Positions 58,318 through 64,000 of a stretch of DNA of 64,000 nucleotides are shown in pieces. The stretch is from the NCBI GenBank assembly GCA_965140415.1, contig OZ223209.1:4640001-4704000 (forward strand). The letters are read 5' to 3'. Made by a program: the position numbers and the translations under genes. A model generated the notes under the pieces. It was not told where the DNA came from and searched no databases. It saw only the letters and a program-made list of their open reading frames with translations. This stretch comes from Myxococcota bacterium. Its GTDB lineage: Bacteria; Myxococcota_A; SURF-8. Each line of letters starts with the position of its first letter. Positions within the stretch are counted from its first letter, which is position 1.

Positions 58318-60075
58318 CTAAATGCTCAGGGTTTGTTTGTTGCTCTTCTGATTGATGCCATCGAACACGAGACGTGTTACAACGATAGCAGTAAACATTG
58401 AGCAGGCGATACCAACCAACAAGGTCACGGCAAAGCCCTTAACCGGGCCAGTTCCGTAGCTCCACAGAACAAAGCCAGCCAGCGCCGTCGTGATGTTGGC
58501 GTCGAAGATGGTCCAGAAAGCTTTACTGTAGCCACTGTCCACCGCCGCTTTAGGCGTCTTACCAATGCGCAATTCCTCTCGAACGCGCTCGTAGATAATC
58601 ACGTTGGCGTCAACCGCCATACCGATTGTCAACACAATTCCGGCAAGACCAGGTAACGTCAGTGTGGCTCCGAAACCAGCCATCACCGCCATGATGAACA
58701 ACAGGTTCAGGAACAACGCCAGATTGGCGATCAAACCGGACATGTTGTAATAGATAATCATGAAAATCACGACCAGTACGAATCCGATCAGGATCGAAGT
58801 TTTTCCACTCTCAATCGAATCGTGACCGAGGGTCGGACCGACGGTTCGTGTCTCTTCGAATTTAACCGGGGCAGGCAGAGCACCGGCACGCAAAACAACC
58901 GCCAGATCCTGAGCCTCATTAAAGAGTTCATTGTAGCTCTGCAAAGTACCCAATGTGATCTGGGCACGACCGCCACCAATGCGCGCCTGGATGACCGGAG
59001 CAGACTTGATTCGGTTATCCAGCACGATGGCCATGCGCTCTTTTACATGATCGCCGGTCACCTTCTCGAACATCTTTGCACCTTGGCGGTCAAAATTCAT
59101 CGAGACGTATGGGCGATTCTGTCGCTGATCGATGGAGACACGAGCGTCGGTGATATAGTCACCTGTCAGCATGGTTTTACGCAACAGGTTGTAACTGCGC
59201 ATACGCGTTTCCATTTTCTTGGGATCTTCAAAATCCTCGAAGAGAATCTGATGCTGCGCATCCACCTTGTCTTCCAACCAAGCCCGGATAGTTTTGATGT
59301 TCTCGCCGTTTTTGTCTTTAACCGCTTCAAGGTAGGGAGCCCGAAGCAGATTACCGTTTTTATCGCGCAGGCTCTCGTACTTCATTTCCCAGTTTTCAGG
59401 AAGCTGATCTTTGTACTTGTTCAGATCGGTATAAGTATCGTCGACGATTTTGAATTCCAACTGCGCCGTTTGACCGATCATCTTGCGAGCGCGTTCGATA
59501 TCCTTGATACCCGGAATCTGAATCAGAATAGAGGTTTCACCCTGCTTGGCGACCATCGCTTCGCGCACGGCCATTTCATCGATACGATTGCGCAACGTTT
59601 CGATAGCCTGCAAGACCGCATATTGCTTGCGGTGCTTGGAGAATTCCTCCTTGATGCGATATTGAAGCGTGGTTTCCGGTTCGCTATTAGCAGTTTCACG
59701 ACTCATGTTGCCAAGGTACTTATCCAGTTTTTCCTCGGCAGCCTTTCGTTGTTCCGCATCGGCAAAGGTAATATCCATAACCGGCTCGCCTTCCAGCGTG
59801 CTCAGTTCTTTACACTTCAAGCCTTCTTCCTCGCAGAACTGGTCGACTTCTTCAGTAAGACGATCCACGTAATCCACCACGGCTTTGTCCACTTCGACGC
59901 CCAGCACCAAATGGATGCCGCCACGAAGATCCAAGCCGAGATTGATCTGCTTGTCCACAATTCCCCTGTACCAATCGGGGAGGCTCTTACCTAACAGGGT
60001 AGGCAACAGATAAGCAACCGCCAGAATAACCAGCGCTGCTACGCCCGTAAACTTCCACCACCATTTGCGTTCCAT
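58318..60075 (-). CDS. secD: Protein translocase subunit SecD
   Basis: LGLDLRGG, AIVLD, LRAGALPAP, VGPTLG, GMAVDANV..YER, DANITT. ATG 60075 after AAGGAG. Confidence 0.96.
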   Translation of the reverse strand: MERKWWWKFTGVAALVILAVAYLLPTLLGKSLPDWYRGIVDKQINLGLDLRGGIHLVLGVEVDKAVVDYVDRLTEEVDQFCEEEGLKCKELSTLEGEPVMDITFADAEQRKAAEEKLDKYLGNMSRETANSEPETTLQYRIKEEFSKHRKQYAVLQAIETLRNRIDEMAVREAMVAKQGETSILIQIPGIKDIERARKMIGQTAQLEFKIVDDTYTDLNKYKDQLPENWEMKYESLRDKNGNLLRAPYLEAVKDKNGENIKTIRAWLEDKVDAQHQILFEDFEDPKKMETRMRSYNLLRKTMLTGDYITDARVSIDQRQNRPYVSMNFDRQGAKMFEKVTGDHVKERMAIVLDNRIKSAPVIQARIGGGRAQITLGTLQSYNELFNEAQDLAVVLRAGALPAPVKFEETRTVGPTLGHDSIESGKTSILIGFVLVVIFMIIYYNMSGLIANLALFLNLLFIMAVMAGFGATLTLPGLAGIVLTIGMAVDANVIIYERVREELRIGKTPKAAVDSGYSKAFWTIFDANITTALAGFVLWSYGTGPVKGFAVTLLVGIACSMFTAIVVTRLVFDGINQKSNKQTLSI

Positions 60076-60182
60076 CTGGTGTGACTCCTTAGCCCTCACA
60101 ATTCAATATCGTTTTTGCCGATAACAGTCAATCAAGGTCCGACCGGAAATTTTCCGCTTATACCGTGACGACAACCAGAATG

Positions 60183-60524
60183 CTATTTCTTATCTTTAGC
60201 AACCGCTTCGGTTGCCTTCAAACCGGCGATCTGCGAGCGTTGCACCTTAATGCGTACGTTCGGCGCGACTTCAATCGTGACCACCTGATCGGTCAGGTTG
60301 GTAACTTTGCCGTAAATACCGCCCGAAGTCACCACTTCATCATCGTGCTTCAGGTTGTTTAATAACGCCATATGCTCTTTTTGACGCTTCTGTTGAGGAC
60401 GAATCAGCAAGAAATAGAAAATCACCAGAATCAGGCCGATCTGAATGATCAGATCCCACATTCCAGCCCCTTGCGCAGTCGATTCCTGGGTAACGACCAA
60501 TTGCAGCAATTGGGAAATCTGCAC
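60183..60524 (-). CDS. yajC: Preprotein translocase subunit YajC
   Basis: FYFLLIRPQQKRQK, DEVVTSGGIYG. Confidence 0.95.
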   Translation of the reverse strand: MQISQLLQLVVTQESTAQGAGMWDLIIQIGLILVIFYFLLIRPQQKRQKEHMALLNNLKHDDEVVTSGGIYGKVTNLTDQVVTIEVAPNVRIKVQRSQIAGLKATEAVAKDKK

Positions 60525-60833
60525 CGAACACCTCCTAAACCACGAAAACGGTTAACGATTCCAACCAGCATAGCAGTGCTGAAGAATCCGTTGTTTCTAC
60601 CAGATAACCTCCACAGGGTCAACAATTTCTTTTGCCAGTAATATGCTTTCCCACATGGGTTTATCTTTTCAACATTACCTGCTGTAGGCACCTGTATTTA
60701 CAACGTTTTTTAATTATCGAAGATTAAGAAAAAGATTGGCATCCGTTCGAACGGTTCGACTAGGTTCAAGGGAAGTTGCAAAGTGGATGAAGTTACACAT
60801 GTGATAGTAACAGTCACACAGAAACTCGACAGG

Positions 60834-61256
60834 TTAACCCGTTGCGTTACGTCTGCGCTTTGCAATCAACCTTTGAATACGCCACTTTTCCAAGAGATTG
60901 TAGCTGTTCCACTTTTCGATTTCCTCAGGATATCGAAAACAACCTTTACATAGAAATGTGGCAGAATCAATCCGACAATCCAGAGTACAAGGATTGGTGC
61001 GTCTTTTGGGTTGCCTATCCTGATTCCCCTGATTTTTAACTTTGCGGCTTCCTCCAATTGCGGCTCTTCGCTTTTCCAGCGTTTTCACCAGATCCAACTT
61101 TTCTCCATCGCTAAAATTGGACCATAATTTGATTTCGTCCAATGTCCGTAAGCAACCATTGCAACGTTTCAGGTTGGTGTCTATATCGCATTCCCCTCTA
61201 CAGGGAGAAGGCACACCGTATTGTGGTATTGACATCACGAGATTCCTTGTTTTCAA
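60834..61256 (-). CDS. Tandem DUF1289-like (Cys-rich) protein
   Basis: Two copies of PC...C......C.GC.R...EI..W. Confidence 0.75.
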   Translation of the reverse strand: MKTRNLVMSIPQYGVPSPCRGECDIDTNLKRCNGCLRTLDEIKLWSNFSDGEKLDLVKTLEKRRAAIGGSRKVKNQGNQDRQPKRRTNPCTLDCRIDSATFLCKGCFRYPEEIEKWNSYNLLEKWRIQRLIAKRRRNATG

Positions 61257-61483
61257 ACTACTTGCAGGCTCACGATCTTAGACAAGTCTATCTTTTCCTG
61301 CATACATTATTTATGCTACCAAATTTATGCTACCAAACAAATCCCCCCTATTCGTTGCCACTGTTCGATAGAGAGAAAACAAGAAGGACTTTCTTCCATG
61401 ATTTTTAGGATAGGATGAAAATCGGAAAGGAATGTTTTGGGAAGTGATCGATTTCTAAAACACAGCAAATCGATCATATTTTC

Positions 61484-61741
61484 TTAATGATGATGCGCCC
61501 CTCCACCACAACAAGAGCAGGCACCATGACCAGTATCACCGCCCAAGCCACATTGTGAAGCCTGGCTGCCACAAGGAGGAGCACTGCTTCCTTTGGTTAC
61601 CGTTGCAAATGCAGATAGAATGCGTTTGCCTTCACGAACTCCGCAGATTGGACAGTTCCATTCCACTGTCTCTTGCCCCTGCTTTGCAATTTCTTCGAAA
61701 ATTCGGCCACAACCGGTACAGCGATATTCAAAAATAGGCAT
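61484..61741 (-). CDS. FmdB family zinc-ribbon protein
   Basis: MPIFEYRCTGCG..FE....CPICG....RILS, Cys/Gly/His tail. Confidence 0.88.
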   Translation of the reverse strand: MPIFEYRCTGCGRIFEEIAKQGQETVEWNCPICGVREGKRILSAFATVTKGSSAPPCGSQASQCGLGGDTGHGACSCCGGGAHHH

Positions 61742-61816
61742 GCTGGTTTCTCCCATAAAAAAACGTGCCAGGTAAATGAACCTAGCACGCTTTAAAATTT
61801 CGATCTATGCAGTTGA

Positions 61817-62614
61817 TCAGAAAGTGTACTTCAACATCGGCGCGACATGCATACCGACAGCGGCCAACTGGATGTAGTAATCCACTTCAAGATCCAGACC
61901 GATAGAAAAATGACGCAAGCCGGTGTAATATTCGAAACCTAACCGCAAACCAGCCTGGTAATCCAACTCCGGGAAATCCTCATCGATCAAAGGGTCGCCG
62001 TTTGCATCTTTGGCTACGTTACGCGGGCTATAGGTGATTCCACCTGTAGGGGCCACATACAGTTCCCAGCGCTTGGTTGTGAAGTATTTGATGTTCAATG
62101 CAAGTTGCGTGCGCAGAAGCTGGATATCGCCGGAGATCTTCGCATCGTCGCGAATACCGCCCATGTCATCGCCGATTACATCGGCATTATGAAAAGACGT
62201 CAACACATCCAATTCCAACGACAGCAACCGCTTCATGACATCGTAACCCAGTCCAAAGCCAAACATGAAGCCCAGACCGTTGTTCTTGGTGTCATCGGTG
62301 ATATCACCAGTCAGATAGGTATTCAAGCCAAGACGGCCATTGATAAAGAAGCCTTTTTCAACTTCGTTAAGCTCTTCATCGCCCCAATAAGTTACGACAC
62401 CACGCGAAGCAACAGGAGATTCTTCCGGTTCACTCTCGTCGAATGCATCCAGTTCTTCTTCGGAAATGGCTTCATCACTTAAACTATCGGCACCTTGTCC
62501 GGCGTCTTCTTCCATTTCCTCACCGAAGTCCTCGTCCTCTTCCTGAGCGAACGATGAGAACGGGAAGGTGAACAGAAGGCCCGCCACCAAAATGCATACT
62601 AACCACCGTTTCAT
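61817..62614 (-). CDS. CglE/GltH-like outer-membrane beta-barrel (gliding machinery)
   Basis: Signal peptide, NEVEKGFF and EYYTGLRHFSIG motifs, terminal KYTF. Directly downstream of the gltG-like gene. Confidence 0.7.
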   Translation of the reverse strand: MKRWLVCILVAGLLFTFPFSSFAQEEDEDFGEEMEEDAGQGADSLSDEAISEEELDAFDESEPEESPVASRGVVTYWGDEELNEVEKGFFINGRLGLNTYLTGDITDDTKNNGLGFMFGFGLGYDVMKRLLSLELDVLTSFHNADVIGDDMGGIRDDAKISGDIQLLRTQLALNIKYFTTKRWELYVAPTGGITYSPRNVAKDANGDPLIDEDFPELDYQAGLRLGFEYYTGLRHFSIGLDLEVDYYIQLAAVGMHVAPMLKYTF

Positions 62615-62615
62615 A

Positions 62616-64000
62616 TCAGGTACCCTCTGCTTTGAAGATGAAGGGATAGGTAACGACAACGATACCACCGCCTTTGGGTCTCGGGAAAATGATGCGCTTA
62701 ATGGTTTTCGCTACACATTGTTCAACTTCGAAGTTTTTCATAGTTGAAACTGCGACGATTGAACTAGAAACCGTACCTCTTCCACTGATCGTAAACTTCA
62801 CAGTGATCTTACCGTAGAGTTTCGGGTTCTTGTTCAACTGCTTCTGATAGCAGTAACGAATCTGAGAGTAGTGCTTTTTGATGATCCGAGCGATGATCGA
62901 TTTATCCAGCGCACCGGCGATTGTCGGATTACCCGTTCTGATGTTGATATTTGCACCACGTTTTTTTAAATTACCGGCAGCGCCGATACCGTAGCGACCA
63001 CCTTTGCCGCCCCCACGACCCTTGGTGCCCAGACCACCGATACCCAGGGCAGTACCGCCACCACCAAGACCCGAACCGCGCGATCCCAAACCACCGGCTC
63101 CACGCATATCCAGGCCGCTGATGCCTTCGAGCATACCGAGGTTCTTTTCCAACCCGGCACCCAAGCCACCACCGCCGAACAGACGGTCCATATTTTCCAT
63201 ACCCTGATCCAAGGCTCCGAGAATACCGGAACTGTCCGCAACTTTTTCGTCTTCCAGGCGTTTCTTCTGCGAACCTTCGGTCTTATCGATCTCGGCTTCT
63301 TCCTTACCGACCTTACCTTCTTCACCCAGGGATTTCTCCGGGCTCTGAATTTTTTCTTCCTCCGGCGGAGGAGGCGGTTCTTCCATTTCCACCGGTTCCA
63401 AAACAAGTTTGGCGAAACGTTCAGGCGCGTCCAGAATATCAGCAACCTCCGGAGCCGGAAGCGACTTCAAATAGATGGACATCAGGGTGTAGATCAGGAA
63501 GAACACCACAAACAAGGAAGTGATCGGGTAATCGATTCTTTTTGTAAGTGGTACATGATCAACCTTTTCCAGGTCAACCAGGTGGAAGTAGTACTTCAAT
63601 GGATCGAAGTCATAGGTAATCGCCTGATTCGCTTTCAGCGACATCTGGTAGTGGTTACCTTTACTACTTGCCAAATTTTTGGAAACGGCTTCCTTAAAGG
63701 AGTAGCTGTCTCCGTTTTCCTGCACCGTACCAGTCATTTTGTCGGTGAAGTTTACAGCAAAGCTGCCACTTCCACCCGCCTGCGAAACTGTAAACGTTTC
63801 TTCCGGCAACAGTTCGGTATTGATGAACAGGGTGTTCGCTTTTTTCTCACCAGCAGTGATATTCTGAGGTTTGGCGAACTGATGCACGGTCAGAAGTGTT
63901 GTATCCCAAACAACTTCACGAATCTCTAAAACGGCATCCTTCGATTTCGGGACGACGTGTTTAGCGGGAATGGCTTCCAAATCATAGGCAACGAATTTCT
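62616..64000 (-). CDS. GltG/PglI-like protein with AgmX/PglI (TonB-like) C-terminal domain, 5' truncated by the window edge
   Basis: TM helix, PERFAKL, Gly-rich linker (GIGGLGTKGRGGG), GALDKSII...IRYCY...NPKL.GKI...FPRPKGGGIVVVTYPF. The frame stays open to 64000. Confidence 0.85.
   Translation of the reverse strand, partial: KFVAYDLEAIPAKHVVPKSKDAVLEIREVVWDTTLLTVHQFAKPQNITAGEKKANTLFINTELLPEETFTVSQAGGSGSFAVNFTDKMTGTVQENGDSYSFKEAVSKNLASSKGNHYQMSLKANQAITYDFDPLKYYFHLVDLEKVDHVPLTKRIDYPITSLFVVFFLIYTLMSIYLKSLPAPEVADILDAPERFAKLVLEPVEMEEPPPPPEEEKIQSPEKSLGEEGKVGKEEAEIDKTEGSQKKRLEDEKVADSSGILGALDQGMENMDRLFGGGGLGAGLEKNLGMLEGISGLDMRGAGGLGSRGSGLGGGGTALGIGGLGTKGRGGGKGGRYGIGAAGNLKKRGANINIRTGNPTIAGALDKSIIARIIKKHYSQIRYCYQKQLNKNPKLYGKITVKFTISGRGTVSSSIVAVSTMKNFEVEQCVAKTIKRIIFPRPKGGGIVVVTYPFIFKAEGT

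Overview
Chromosomal window from a GC-moderate bacterium with Myxococcota/deltaproteobacterial features (gltG-gltH/cglE gliding-type genes, a REC-DnaJ-TPR protein, a MYXO-CTERM-like tail, split purH). Housekeeping blocks are a malic enzyme, split purH, mreBCD, tRNA-Arg(ACG)-tadA-tRNA-Ser(CGA)-tRNA-Ser(GGA)-SRP RNA-dnaX-ybaB-recR, and yajC-secD-secF. Four accessory signals stand out. (1) A His-Xaa-Ser (Hxs)-like radical SAM system of unusual composition: an HxsD-like gene, a membrane-anchored Cys-paired protein with a class III-like N-terminus, an HxsC-like radical SAM enzyme and an A24 prepilin-type peptidase (52088-56275), plus two more HxsC-like radical SAM genes at 35413-37951. No HxsA precursor or HxsB is visible. 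(2) A HesB-like selenoprotein with an in-frame TGA and a SECIS-like hairpin (29557-29922), which the ORF track truncates. (3) Eight exported proteins sharing Asp-Gly-Asp (DGD) linker repeats. (4) Two tandem Cys-rich lipoprotein paralogues ending in a conserved knottin-like (C-C-CC-C-C) domain. No CRISPR array, rRNA, transposase or integrase was seen. All family calls come from reading motifs by eye, not from database searches.
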